Assembly (NCBI GenBank): GCA_025362815.1
Contig: JANYFG010000077.1
Coordinates: forward strand, 364 to 64,363
Direction of reading: 5' to 3'
DNA from: Rhodospirillales bacterium
GTDB taxonomy: Bacteria; Pseudomonadota; Alphaproteobacteria; Acetobacterales; Acetobacteraceae
Length of the DNA stretch: 64,000 nt
In this document: positions 37,289-46,010 of the stretch, one piece after another
How the letters are laid out: each line of letters opens with the position of its first letter
Numbering within the stretch: position 1 is the first letter of the stretch
The notes under the pieces: generated by a model
Database searches by the model: none
The model's input: only the letters and a program-made list of their open reading frames with translations
Told to the model about the DNA's origin: nothing
Position numbers and translations under genes: made by a program

Positions 37289-38262
37289 GGGCGTCGTCTC
37301 AGCAACGGCCCGGCCAGACCAAGGGCGGGCCGGCCACCGGCGGGGTGGAGCAGCCACCCCGCCACTTCCTCGAACTGGCGGATTTCGATGCGGCCACGTT
37401 GCGACGCATGCTCGATGTCGCCAGCCACTTCAAATCGACCGACACCTCGTCGCGCCCGCTGGCCGGCAAAACCATCGCGCTCATCTTCGACAAGCCGTCG
37501 ACGCGCACGCGGGTGAGCTTCGAGGTGGCGATGCGTCAACTCGGCGGGGACGTGATCGTGATGTCGTCACGTGACACGCAGCTGGGCCGTGGCGAGACCA
37601 TCGCGGACACCGCCCGCGTGCTGTCGCGTTATGTCGATGCCATCATGATGCGCACGGACGCGCCGGAAAAGCTGGCGGAAATGGCGGCGTATGCCACCGT
37701 GCCCGTGATCAACGGGCTGACCGCGGCGTCTCACCCCTGCCAGCTGATGGCGGATGTGCTGACGTTCGAGGAGCATCGCGGGCCGATCGCGGGCCAGGTG
37801 GTGGCCTGGTGCGGCGACGCCAACAACGTGGCGCGCAGCTGGATCGAGGCGGCGGCGCTGTTCAGCTTCACCTTGCGGATCGCCACGCCGGAACCGGAAA
37901 AGCTGCCCGCCGACCTGATCGCCTGGGCGCGCTCGAAGGGTGCCGCGATCGAGCTGGTGTATGACCCGGAGGTGGCCGTGGCCGGCGCACGCTGCGTGGT
38001 GACGGATGCCTGGGTCAGCATGGCCGACGACGACACGGCCGGCAGCCGCCACAATATCCTGGCGCCTTACCAGGTGACGGAGGCGCTGATGGCCAAGGCG
38101 GCGCCGGACGCGATCTTCATGCACTGCCTGCCCGCCCATCGCGGAGAGGAAGTGACGGAGGGCGTGATCGACGGCCCGCAATCGGTGGTGTTCGACGAGG
38201 CGGAAAACCGTCTGCACGCCCAGAAAGGCGTGCTGGCCTGGACGATGGGCGCGGCGCGTTAG
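37285..38262 (+). CDS. argF: Ornithine carbamoyltransferase
   Basis: STRTR, HPCQ and HCLP motifs are present. The ATG overlaps the argD stop (ATGA). Confidence 0.9.
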   Translation: MRASSQQRPGQTKGGPATGGVEQPPRHFLELADFDAATLRRMLDVASHFKSTDTSSRPLAGKTIALIFDKPSTRTRVSFEVAMRQLGGDVIVMSSRDTQLGRGETIADTARVLSRYVDAIMMRTDAPEKLAEMAAYATVPVINGLTAASHPCQLMADVLTFEEHRGPIAGQVVAWCGDANNVARSWIEAAALFSFTLRIATPEPEKLPADLIAWARSKGAAIELVYDPEVAVAGARCVVTDAWVSMADDDTAGSRHNILAPYQVTEALMAKAAPDAIFMHCLPAHRGEEVTEGVIDGPQSVVFDEAENRLHAQKGVLAWTMGAAR

Positions 38263-38312
38263 GCCCTGATCCGCTTGGGGTTGAGCCACGCGAACGCATC
38301 AACGTGATCGCC

Positions 38313-38630
38313 TTAGTACTGCACCGGTCTCGGCGTTGAAGAGACCGGTGCGGGGGCGGCACGCGGCGCAGGCGCCGGATCGTCCCGCAACGGCGTGCCG
38401 GCGGCATCACGGGCGGGCGGCGGGCCGCTTCGTTTGCAGGACGATTTCGTGTGGCTGGTTGGCTGCCCCCCGAACGCGCACGGTGTGTCGTCCTGGAAGA
38501 AGTGCGGCACGTCGGTCTGAAAGGTCCGTTTGACGTCGCTGAAGAACTCGGCGTGCGCGGTGGGGGCGAACGCAAAGGCTGCCACAGCGAGCAAGCCGGC
38601 GCGCCAGATTGTCGGAAACGTAAGGGTCAT
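38313..38630 (-). CDS. Small secreted Pro-rich protein, unknown function
   Basis: The signal peptide is MTLTFPTIWRAGLLAVAAFAFAPTAHA. The mature part has 2 Cys and a Pro/Ala-rich tail. This is a weak coding call. Confidence 0.45.
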   Translation of the reverse strand: MTLTFPTIWRAGLLAVAAFAFAPTAHAEFFSDVKRTFQTDVPHFFQDDTPCAFGGQPTSHTKSSCKRSGPPPARDAAGTPLRDDPAPAPRAAPAPVSSTPRPVQY

Positions 38631-38721
38631 TGTGTCACTCTCCGTGGACCGCGATTGGGGAAACGGGGGGCGTCGGCCACGGTTCCCCAAACCGTGGCCC
38701 AATCGACTGAACGGCGGCGAC

Positions 38722-39105
38722 TCAGAAATCCACACAGCTCACGGACGTGACCAGACCAACGGATTGCTGGTGAAAACGCGCCTTGTAATCGTCGCGCACG
38801 GCATCCAGCCGTTGTTTCAGATCGGCTTGCGGCGGCGCCAAAATGAGAAGCAGGGTCGAAGCCTCGTGGCTGATCGCCCCGGTGCGGGGGCTGAGCCATT
38901 GGCCTGTCCCGTCGAGCACCGTCAGTCCGTCGGGGAAGCGGGGGGTGACGCTTTTGGCCAGGAAATCCGCCCAGTCCGCATCAGACGCTGCGGTGCGCCC
39001 GAAGAGCAGTTCGGTGCGAACCATCTCCACTCCGCCGAGATCGCAGGCCCAGGCCGGGTGGGCGAGCCCCAGCCACAACGCCAAGCCCACCGAAAAACGC
39101 CTCAT
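38722..39105 (-). CDS. DUF3574-like small exported protein
   Basis: The signal peptide is MRRFSVGLALWLGLAHPAWA. The block ELLFGRT....DWADFL...VTPRFPDGLTV..G.GQW is typical of the family as I recall it. The ATG overlaps the MFS gene's stop. Confidence 0.6.
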   Translation of the reverse strand: MRRFSVGLALWLGLAHPAWACDLGGVEMVRTELLFGRTAASDADWADFLAKSVTPRFPDGLTVLDGTGQWLSPRTGAISHEASTLLLILAPPQADLKQRLDAVRDDYKARFHQQSVGLVTSVSCVDF

Positions 39106-40259
39106 CGCGACAATCTCCGATGCCACCACCAGAACGGGATCGACAGCGCGGTCAGGGCCGCCGCGCACACGAACGCGCCGGAGGCGTCGCCCGCGTAATC
39201 CGCCGCGCGGCCGCACAACGCGGGAATGGCGGTGCCGCCGATATAGTAAGTGGTGTAGAAGATGCCCATGCCCACGGCACGGTTTTCCGGCCGCGCCGAC
39301 AAGGTGCCCCAGCCCACGATGATGCCGGCATGCATGGCGCCGAACGTGCCGAACAGCACGCCCCACAGCAACGGCCAGTCGGTCCAGGCAAGCCCGGACA
39401 CCGCGAGCGTTTCCATCACCACGCCGGCGATGAACACCGGCACGGCGCCGAGGCGGCTGGCTACAAGGCCGCCCAGCAGCATCATCGGCAGGTTGCCCCA
39501 GGTGGCCATGCCGATGGTGACGTCGGCTACCCAGCCGGGATGGCCGCGGGCGGCGATGACGCTGGGGAGGTAGCCGAGGAAGTTGAAATAGCCGGCGTTG
39601 AAGGTGGTCCAGATCATGCCGGACAGGATCAGGAGCGTGATTTCGCGCCGGCTCGGCCAGCTCATGGCGCGGCTGAGCATCTGGGCCACATCGCGCCAGG
39701 CGGCCATCAGCACCGCGAGTGCCACGGCGGCCACCACGGCGCCGGCGATGAAGGCCGAGGGCCAGCCAAAGGCCTGCGCCAGGCGCCCCTGCGTGAGCTG
39801 GGCCAGGCCGATGCCGATCGGGAAGGCGCCGACCAGAATGCCCATCGCCACGTTGAAATCGCCGCCGCGAAACCGGTCCGCCACCGCCTTCGGCTGCAGA
39901 ACCGTCAGCGCCACCGCGCCGAAGCCCGCGATCACGCGGCCGGCGCCGATGCCCATGGGCCCAGTGGCCATGGCCGACACCAAGCTGCCCAGAACCATCG
40001 CCACCATGCCGAAGGCGATGATCCCACGGTCGCCGAACCGGCGCGCCAGGAAACCGGCGGGTATGGCGGCCACCACGCCGGGCAGCTGCATCAGGCCCAT
40101 CAACGTGCCCAGCGTGGCGAATTCGATCCCGAAGGCGGCGCGCAGGTCGGGGCCCAGGCTCGCGACCGTCTGGATCTGATAGCCGAACGCGATGCGCGCC
40201 AGCACCATGGCCCACAGCGTTCCCCAATGCCGGCCGGCGGGCGCATCCGTCTGGGTCAT
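39102..40259 (-). CDS. MFS transporter
   Basis: This is a 385-aa, roughly 12-TM protein, coupled on both sides by 4-nt overlaps. Confidence 0.8.
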   Translation of the reverse strand: MTQTDAPAGRHWGTLWAMVLARIAFGYQIQTVASLGPDLRAAFGIEFATLGTLMGLMQLPGVVAAIPAGFLARRFGDRGIIAFGMVAMVLGSLVSAMATGPMGIGAGRVIAGFGAVALTVLQPKAVADRFRGGDFNVAMGILVGAFPIGIGLAQLTQGRLAQAFGWPSAFIAGAVVAAVALAVLMAAWRDVAQMLSRAMSWPSRREITLLILSGMIWTTFNAGYFNFLGYLPSVIAARGHPGWVADVTIGMATWGNLPMMLLGGLVASRLGAVPVFIAGVVMETLAVSGLAWTDWPLLWGVLFGTFGAMHAGIIVGWGTLSARPENRAVGMGIFYTTYYIGGTAIPALCGRAADYAGDASGAFVCAAALTALSIPFWWWHRRLSR

Positions 40260-40765
40260 GCGACGTGCTTTTCCATCTCGACCCAGGTCGGCTCGGGGAA
40301 CCCCTCATGACGGTGCAGGCGCACTTCGCCATAGCCGAGCCCCGTGAAAAGGCGGCGATTGCCGTCCAGTAATAGCCGCACGCCCACATGGGTGCGCGGC
40401 AGACAGGCGGCCTTGGCCGCACGCTCCCCTGCCCCGATCAGCGCACGCGCCACGCCGGCGCGGCGAAAGGCAGGCGCCACCGAAAGCCGGCCGAGATACA
40501 GCCCGCCGTCGCGCTCGCCCCACAAGACCACGCCCACCACGCAGCCCGATGCGTCGGCCACCGCGCCGCCGCCCATCTCGCCTCCGCCGGATGCGAGATG
40601 GGCCACAACCGTGGCCGCCGTTTCACGCAGGGCCGAGGGCGGCGGCACCAAAGGCGGCCGGATGGCGCCGAAACTGTCGCGGATGAGCCTGGCCGCGGCG
40701 TCGGCATCGGCGGCGGCGAGCGGGCGAAGGCTGAAGGCGGGGGGCGGCTGCGATGCGTCGGTCAT
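40256..40765 (-). CDS. GNAT-family N-acetyltransferase
   Basis: The acetyl-CoA-binding block is LSVAPAFRRAGVARALIGAGE. The protein is 169 aa. Confidence 0.75.
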   Translation of the reverse strand: MTDASQPPPAFSLRPLAAADADAAARLIRDSFGAIRPPLVPPPSALRETAATVVAHLASGGGEMGGGAVADASGCVVGVVLWGERDGGLYLGRLSVAPAFRRAGVARALIGAGERAAKAACLPRTHVGVRLLLDGNRRLFTGLGYGEVRLHRHEGFPEPTWVEMEKHVA

Positions 40766-40788
40766 GCGCCGGACGGTAGCGGGCGGGC

Positions 40789-41763
40789 GTGACTATGCCT
40801 ATGGTGCACGTCATGGACGACACGCCCGCTTTTCTCGACACCGGCCGCCCCGACGTGCCCGATATCGCCGTTCCCCGCGGCGTAACACCGTTCTACCTGC
40901 CGATGCGGCCGGTGCGCGGCCGGCTGGTGCGGCTTGGCCCCCTCGCCGACGCGCTGTTGAGCCGCCACGACCAGGCGTCGTGCATCACCGAAATGGTGGG
41001 CCAGGCCATGGCCCTGGTGGCGGCGCTGGCGACGGCGCTGAAATTCACCGGCTCGTTCAGCCTGCAGATCAAGGGCGACGGGCCGTTGCGCATGCTGCTG
41101 GCCGACTGCACCGATACCGGCGCCCTGCGCGGCTATGCCAGCGTGACGCAGGAGCGGCTCGACGATCTGCTGCGCGTGGCGCCCACGCCCACCGCCCAGG
41201 CGTTGCTCGGCGAGGGGTTTCTGGCCTTCACCGTGGACCAGGGTGCCGAAATGGACCGCCACCAGGGCATCGTCTCGTTGATCGGGGACAGCCTGGAGAA
41301 CATGGCGCTGCATTATTTCGACGCCTCCGAACAGACCCCATGCTTCCTGCGTCTGGCCTGCGCTCCCACCGCGCATGGCTGGCGGGCCGCCGCGTTGATC
41401 CTGGAACGCGTGGCAGGCCAGGGCGGCGTGGACCCCGATCTCGACGCGATGGCGCTGGACGAAAGCTGGGGCACCGCGCTGATCCTGGCGGGAACCGTGA
41501 AAGACAGCGAGCTGCTGGACGACACGCTGCCGGCCGACCGTCTGCTCTACAATCTGTTCAGTTCCGAGGGCGTCGCCGCCGACAGGCCGCGCCCGCTGAC
41601 CTATGGCTGCCGCTGCTCGCGCTCCCGCCTCGCCGACCTGCTGGCCACGTTCGGCACCGACGATATCGACCACATGGAGACGGACGGTGCCATCGTGATG
41701 ACGTGCGAGTTCTGCAACCACGATTTCAGCTTCACCCGCGCCGATATCCCGCCCGCAGCCTGA
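40789..41763 (+). CDS. hslO: Hsp33-family redox-regulated chaperone
   Basis: The C-terminal zinc centre CRCS...CEFC is present, with the Hsp33 N-terminal fold blocks. Confidence 0.9.
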   Translation: MTMPMVHVMDDTPAFLDTGRPDVPDIAVPRGVTPFYLPMRPVRGRLVRLGPLADALLSRHDQASCITEMVGQAMALVAALATALKFTGSFSLQIKGDGPLRMLLADCTDTGALRGYASVTQERLDDLLRVAPTPTAQALLGEGFLAFTVDQGAEMDRHQGIVSLIGDSLENMALHYFDASEQTPCFLRLACAPTAHGWRAAALILERVAGQGGVDPDLDAMALDESWGTALILAGTVKDSELLDDTLPADRLLYNLFSSEGVAADRPRPLTYGCRCSRSRLADLLATFGTDDIDHMETDGAIVMTCEFCNHDFSFTRADIPPAA

Positions 41764-41788
41764 TCGCCCGCAGCCCAGAAAGAGACCC

Positions 41789-42403
41789 ATGACCCTGCCC
41801 CTCCGGCGCCTGCGACTTGTGTTCGTGCTATCGATCCTGCTGCCGTTCGGCCTCGCCGGCTGCGGCGCCACCGACGATCCGCCGCAGGTCTATTCCCCGG
41901 TCAGCTACGATTATCTGACGAAACTGCGGCTGAACGTGGCCAGCCTGGATATCGACGACAGCGTGGCGCCCAATACCGAGCCGCGCGACATGTCGCGTTT
42001 CGCGCCGATACGGCCGGTGGATGCGTTGCGCCAGATGGCGCAGGACCGGCTGGTGGCCCAGGGATCGTCCGGCCGCGCGGTGTTCGTGGTGGACGAGGCC
42101 AGCATCGTGCAGGTGCGCGACCGCTACGAGGGGCGGATGGTGGCGCATCTGGATGTGACGACGTCTGACGGCACCCGCAGCGGCTATGCCGAGGCGCGAG
42201 TGCAACGGTCCAGCGGGTTCACGAAGGACGGGCCGAACGCCACGCGCGCAGCGCTGAACACACTGATCACGCAGATGATGACGGACATGAACGTGGAACT
42301 GGAATTCCAGGTGCGCCGCTCGTTGCGCGCCTATCTGGCCGTCACCACGCCCGCATCGTCGCCCCCGGCCGCCATCCAGACCGAGGACCTGCCGAAGCCC
42401 TAA
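41789..42403 (+). CDS. Lipoprotein of unknown function
   Basis: The lipobox is LPFGLAGC. The protein is 204 aa. I recognise no family. Confidence 0.6.
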   Translation: MTLPLRRLRLVFVLSILLPFGLAGCGATDDPPQVYSPVSYDYLTKLRLNVASLDIDDSVAPNTEPRDMSRFAPIRPVDALRQMAQDRLVAQGSSGRAVFVVDEASIVQVRDRYEGRMVAHLDVTTSDGTRSGYAEARVQRSSGFTKDGPNATRAALNTLITQMMTDMNVELEFQVRRSLRAYLAVTTPASSPPAAIQTEDLPKP

Positions 42404-42612
42404 AGCGATATCGCTTTTAGAGCCTGATGATTTTGAGTAGACAAAATATCAGGCTCTAACTTGTTGTTTTATCGATCATGTTTATGCGCTTGGGTTGAGC
42501 AGCCCAAGCGCATCATGATCTAGTTGAGTCGCGCAGCGATCAACAAAGCGATGAAATTGTTCGAAAAAAATAAGGTTAGAGCGGGTCGGCTTCAGCCGAT
42601 CTCGCTCTAATC
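42402..42612. repeat. Composite intergenic repeat block (family D modules flanking family C copy 2)
   Basis: The block starts with the palindrome AAAGCGATATCGCTTT. Next is the hairpin TAGAGCCTGATGATTTTG-agtagac-CAAAATATCAGGCTCTA. Family C copy 2 follows at 42474..42523. The block ends with GAGTCGCGCAGCGATCAACAAAGCGATGAAATTG...TAGAGCGGGTCGGCTTCAGCCGATCTCGCTCTA. It fills the whole gap between convergent stops. Confidence 0.85.
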
Positions 42613-42614
42613 AG

Positions 42615-43352
42615 TCAGCCGGCGCTGAGCTCCACGAGGCGGGCCCAGCGCGCCGTGCTGAAGAGCTGCGCGTGGACATGGCTGATCCAGCCTTTGTGGC
42701 GCCATTCCAGATAGGTGGCGTCCGCCACGGTCTCGATCCGGTCGGATTTGATCACCTTGAAGCCAGTAACCCTGGCGGTGCCGCCGGCGGTGAAATTAAC
42801 GTTCGCCTCCTCCTCCTCAAGCAGCCCGGCCTCCTGCAGGGCGGCGCCGAAGGCCGAGGCGGCGTTGAGGTTGTCACGAAATGCGGCGCAGAACTGGATC
42901 GCCTCGTTCATCGCGGGGCTGGGCTGGCCGTCTTCGAACAGCGCGGCCCCGGTGGTGTCGTTCAGCACGCGGGCGCCTTCCTCCATGCCCACGAACATCG
43001 TGGATTTCTCCCGGTCTTCCACGAAGATGAACGGAAAGGCGCGAACATAGGCCGGGATGTAGCTGTCCGGGCGCCAGGAGCCGTCGGGGCGGACGAACAG
43101 GTTGCTGCCTTCCTTCAGGCCCAACAACGCCATCGGCGTGGTTTGCGGGCCGGTTGTGAAGACGATGGGGAAATGCTGGCACGCAACATCGAGCTCACCG
43201 AGGCCGAGCGGCACCGCCTGGGCGTTGGCGGCGAAATCGAAGCCGGCGGTGCGGTCCAGCCGCAGATGGCCGTGCTGCGTGGCGTTGACGCCCACAACCC
43301 GGTGGAAGAACAGCGGCAAAGCGGGGGCCGGCGTGGTTGCGGTCTCGGACAT
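42615..43352 (-). CDS. SapC-family protein
   Basis: The protein is 245 aa. The blocks HFPIVF and YIPAYVRAFPF are typical of SapC. Confidence 0.75.
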   Translation of the reverse strand: MSETATTPAPALPLFFHRVVGVNATQHGHLRLDRTAGFDFAANAQAVPLGLGELDVACQHFPIVFTTGPQTTPMALLGLKEGSNLFVRPDGSWRPDSYIPAYVRAFPFIFVEDREKSTMFVGMEEGARVLNDTTGAALFEDGQPSPAMNEAIQFCAAFRDNLNAASAFGAALQEAGLLEEEEANVNFTAGGTARVTGFKVIKSDRIETVADATYLEWRHKGWISHVHAQLFSTARWARLVELSAG

Positions 43353-43406
43353 GAAGCGTCTCCTGCGGCGGATTTCGCGGCAATCTGAACGCTCCCGCCG
43401 CCGGTA

Positions 43407-43892
43407 TCAACCGTGCTGCGCAAGGGCCTCCTCGAGCAGGGCCAGGGCCTCATGGGCAAAGGCGCGCATGTTGGCGACGCGGTCGGCCGACCCGGTGGCG
43501 ACGGTGCGGCTGCGGTGGGCGGGGCCCGCAACGGCGAGACAGGCATGGCCGGCGGGGTCGCCATATCGGTTGCCCGCTGGGCCCGCGGCACCGGTTTCGG
43601 CAAGCGCCCAGTTGGCATCGAGCCGCAACCTGGCGCGCGCGGCGAGCAGATCGGCGTAAGGCGGGCTGGAGGAGCGCATATCCTGCATGTCAGCCTGGGT
43701 TATTCCAAAGGCGAGGCGCGCCTGCCGGGTGTAGATGACGCTGCCGCCGCGGAAATAGGCCGACGCCCCCGGCACCGCGAGCAGGGCCGCGCTGATCAGG
43801 CCGCCGGCGGACGATTCGGCCACGGCCAGGGTGGCACCGCTGGCGATCAGCAGGCGCGCCACGCGTGAGGCCGGCTCCAGCAAGGTGTGCAT
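43407..43892 (-). CDS. CinA C-terminal-domain / nicotinamide-nucleotide amidohydrolase (PncC-like)
   Basis: TLAVAESSAGGLISAALLAVPGASAYFRGGSVIY is the CinA_C signature. I chose the start at MHTLL. Confidence 0.8.
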   Translation of the reverse strand: MHTLLEPASRVARLLIASGATLAVAESSAGGLISAALLAVPGASAYFRGGSVIYTRQARLAFGITQADMQDMRSSSPPYADLLAARARLRLDANWALAETGAAGPAGNRYGDPAGHACLAVAGPAHRSRTVATGSADRVANMRAFAHEALALLEEALAQHG

Positions 43893-43937
43893 GTGGGTCT
43901 CCCCTAAAGGCCTCATAATGCCCATCCCCTCCCTGCC

Positions 43938-43961
43938 GGCAAGCGGGCAAGCGGGCAAGCG
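43938..43961. repeat. 8-nt tandem repeat (GGCAAGCG)x3 in a divergent promoter region
   Basis: I read ccGGCAAGCGGGCAAGCGGGCAAGCGggcgca directly. It lies between the pncC-like and PHB-depolymerase-like starts. Confidence 0.85.
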
Positions 43962-44028
43962 GGCGCAATGGAACCAAGCGATGACCTACGCGATCTCTAT
44001 ATAAATGCTGCACTGCGGGATAACGATC

Positions 44029-45072
44029 ATGCCGAAACATTCTATGGCCGCCGCACTGTCTTCGTTGCGCCGCAACGGCACGCGGCTTCTCGGCATGACG
44101 GCGCGGCTGCTGGCGGTGGTGGCGCCGAAGACCACGGGCACGGCGGCGAAGCCCGCCAAGCCGCGCGCGGCAGCAAAAAAGCAGCCGGCTTTGCGAAAGT
44201 CGGACGGCGTTCGCCGGAAGGCGCCTCCTGTTCCGAAGCCCAGCGCTGTTCCGAAGCCCAGCGTCAATCCCGGCGGTTTGACCATGCATATCCATGCCCC
44301 CGCCACCGCGCGAAGCGGGGCGCCGCTGGTGGTTCTGCTGCACGGATGCGGGCAGGACCCGGAAGAATTCGCCACCCAGACCGGATGGCGCGAACTGGCC
44401 GACAGCCGGGGCTATGTTCTTCTGATGCCCGGACAGACCGAGGCCAACAACCGGCAACGTTGCTTCAACTGGTTCCGCCCGGGCGATACCGGGCGCGATC
44501 TCGGCGAGGCAGGGTCGATCGTGGCGATGGTGGCGGCTGCGATCAAGGCGCATCGCTGCGACCCGGCGCGGGTGTTCGTGACCGGGCTGTCCGCCGGCGC
44601 CGCCATGACATCGTGTCTGCTGGCGGCGTATCCCGACGTGTTCGCCGGCGGCGGCGTGGTGGCGGGGCTGCCGGCCGGTGCGGCGAGCGGTGTGGTGGGC
44701 GCGATGACCCGCATGGCGGGGCATGGCGGCGACCTGTCGGCGGCCGAGTGGATGGGCCGCGCCCGCGCCCTGGCGCCGATCGGCTATGGCGGGACATGGC
44801 CGCTGCTCTCGGTGTGGTCCGGCGATGCCGACACCGTGGTGGCGCCGCGCAACAGTGGGCATCTGGCGCAGCAATGGACGACGCTGCTGGGTCTGCCATC
44901 CGCTCCGGCGGCGAACCCGCCTGATGCGCTGCATCAGCGCTGGGGCCGCGACGGCGAGCGGGTTTGGGTGGAAAGCCGGGTGATCCCCGGCATGGGCCAT
45001 ATCTACCCGACCGTGCGCGACGGCGGCGTTTCGGCGGCGCGTGAGATCGCGGCGTTCTGGGGTATCGCCTAG
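44029..45072 (+). CDS. PHB-depolymerase-family esterase (alpha/beta hydrolase)
   Basis: LVVLLHGCGQ, the CFNWF block, and the nucleophile elbow GLSAGAAM are present. The N-terminal region is Lys/Pro-rich. The start is uncertain (44005, 44029 or 44044). Confidence 0.78.
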   Translation: MPKHSMAAALSSLRRNGTRLLGMTARLLAVVAPKTTGTAAKPAKPRAAAKKQPALRKSDGVRRKAPPVPKPSAVPKPSVNPGGLTMHIHAPATARSGAPLVVLLHGCGQDPEEFATQTGWRELADSRGYVLLMPGQTEANNRQRCFNWFRPGDTGRDLGEAGSIVAMVAAAIKAHRCDPARVFVTGLSAGAAMTSCLLAAYPDVFAGGGVVAGLPAGAASGVVGAMTRMAGHGGDLSAAEWMGRARALAPIGYGGTWPLLSVWSGDADTVVAPRNSGHLAQQWTTLLGLPSAPAANPPDALHQRWGRDGERVWVESRVIPGMGHIYPTVRDGGVSAAREIAAFWGIA

Positions 45073-45305
45073 CCGGCATACGGATTCGCGCTGGATCATC
45101 CTGACGGGTCGATGGCATAACGAACGAATGTCGCCGCATGCCCGGCCCGGGTTCGCGCGGATGTCTTGGAGCAGCCAGACCCGTGGCCCCATTACCGCCG
45201 CCGAAAAACCCCTGGGCGGCCCGCCCACCATCCGAAACCGGCATTGGCGCATCGGCGCGCCTGATTTCGCGTCCTTTGGGACCGCAGGGACGCACCCTGG
45301 CTGCG

Positions 45306-45986
45306 ATGAAGCGCGAAGCGTTGCTGACCAGCCCGTTCTTCAACCACATGAAACCGTCCGAGCTCGACGAGTTGATCGCATCGTCCAGCGAACGGCGGGT
45401 GAGCCGGGGAACGCTGATCTTTTCAAAGGGCGACCCGGGCAGCTTCATGCTCGCGGTGCTGAGCGGCCATGTTCGCGTCGGCACGGTTTCGCTGCAGGGC
45501 CGCGAGGTGACGCTGAACGTGATCGGGCCCGGCGAGATCGTGGGAGAGATCGCGTTGCTGGACGGCAAGGCCCGCAGTGCCGATACGGTGGCAGCCGAGG
45601 ACACCACCATGATGGTGATCGAACGGCACATCTTTCTGCCGTTCCTGCTGCGCCATGAAGGCCTGGTCGAGCGGATGCTGGTGGTGCTGTGCGACCGTCT
45701 GCGCCGCACCAGCACCGCGCTGGAAGAGATCGCCTTGTTCGATCTTCAGGCGCGCCTGGCCAAGGTGCTGGTGAAGTTGGGCGAGGATTATGGGCGGCCG
45801 GTTGCCGCCGGTGTGCGGATCGACCTGAAACTATCGCAGCGCGATCTGTCCAACCTGGTGGCCAGCTCGCGTGAGAGCGTGAACAAGCAGCTCCGAATCT
45901 GGCGCGACGCCGGAATGATCGAGGTCGAGGCAGGGCATATGGTGTTGCGCGATCAAGCCGGGTTGCGAAAGCTGTTCGGCGCCTGA
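45306..45986 (+). CDS. Crp/Fnr-family transcriptional regulator
   Basis: There is a cNMP-binding domain (GDPGSFMLAVLSG.V......GREV.L..IGPGEIVGEIALLDG..RSA) and a C-terminal HTH (SQRDLSNLVASSRESVNKQLR). There is no N-terminal Cys cluster, so it is not an Fnr-type oxygen sensor. Confidence 0.85.
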   Translation: MKREALLTSPFFNHMKPSELDELIASSSERRVSRGTLIFSKGDPGSFMLAVLSGHVRVGTVSLQGREVTLNVIGPGEIVGEIALLDGKARSADTVAAEDTTMMVIERHIFLPFLLRHEGLVERMLVVLCDRLRRTSTALEEIALFDLQARLAKVLVKLGEDYGRPVAAGVRIDLKLSQRDLSNLVASSRESVNKQLRIWRDAGMIEVEAGHMVLRDQAGLRKLFGA

Positions 45987-46010
45987 GGCACCCCCCCCGG
46001 CGAGACTGCT

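Noticed and set aside
43181-43200. Additional TGGCAC hits as sigma-54 promoters (here, and at about 32240, 51301 and 54741)
   Set aside because: All lie inside coding regions and lack a GC dinucleotide at the correct -12 spacing. Only the 10222 site satisfies the full -24/-12 geometry and context.
43690-45715. ORFs of 520 aa and 390 aa antisense to the PHB-depolymerase-like and Crp genes
   Set aside because: The translations are Arg/Pro-rich and lack motifs. The sense genes have a catalytic elbow, a cNMP domain and an HTH.
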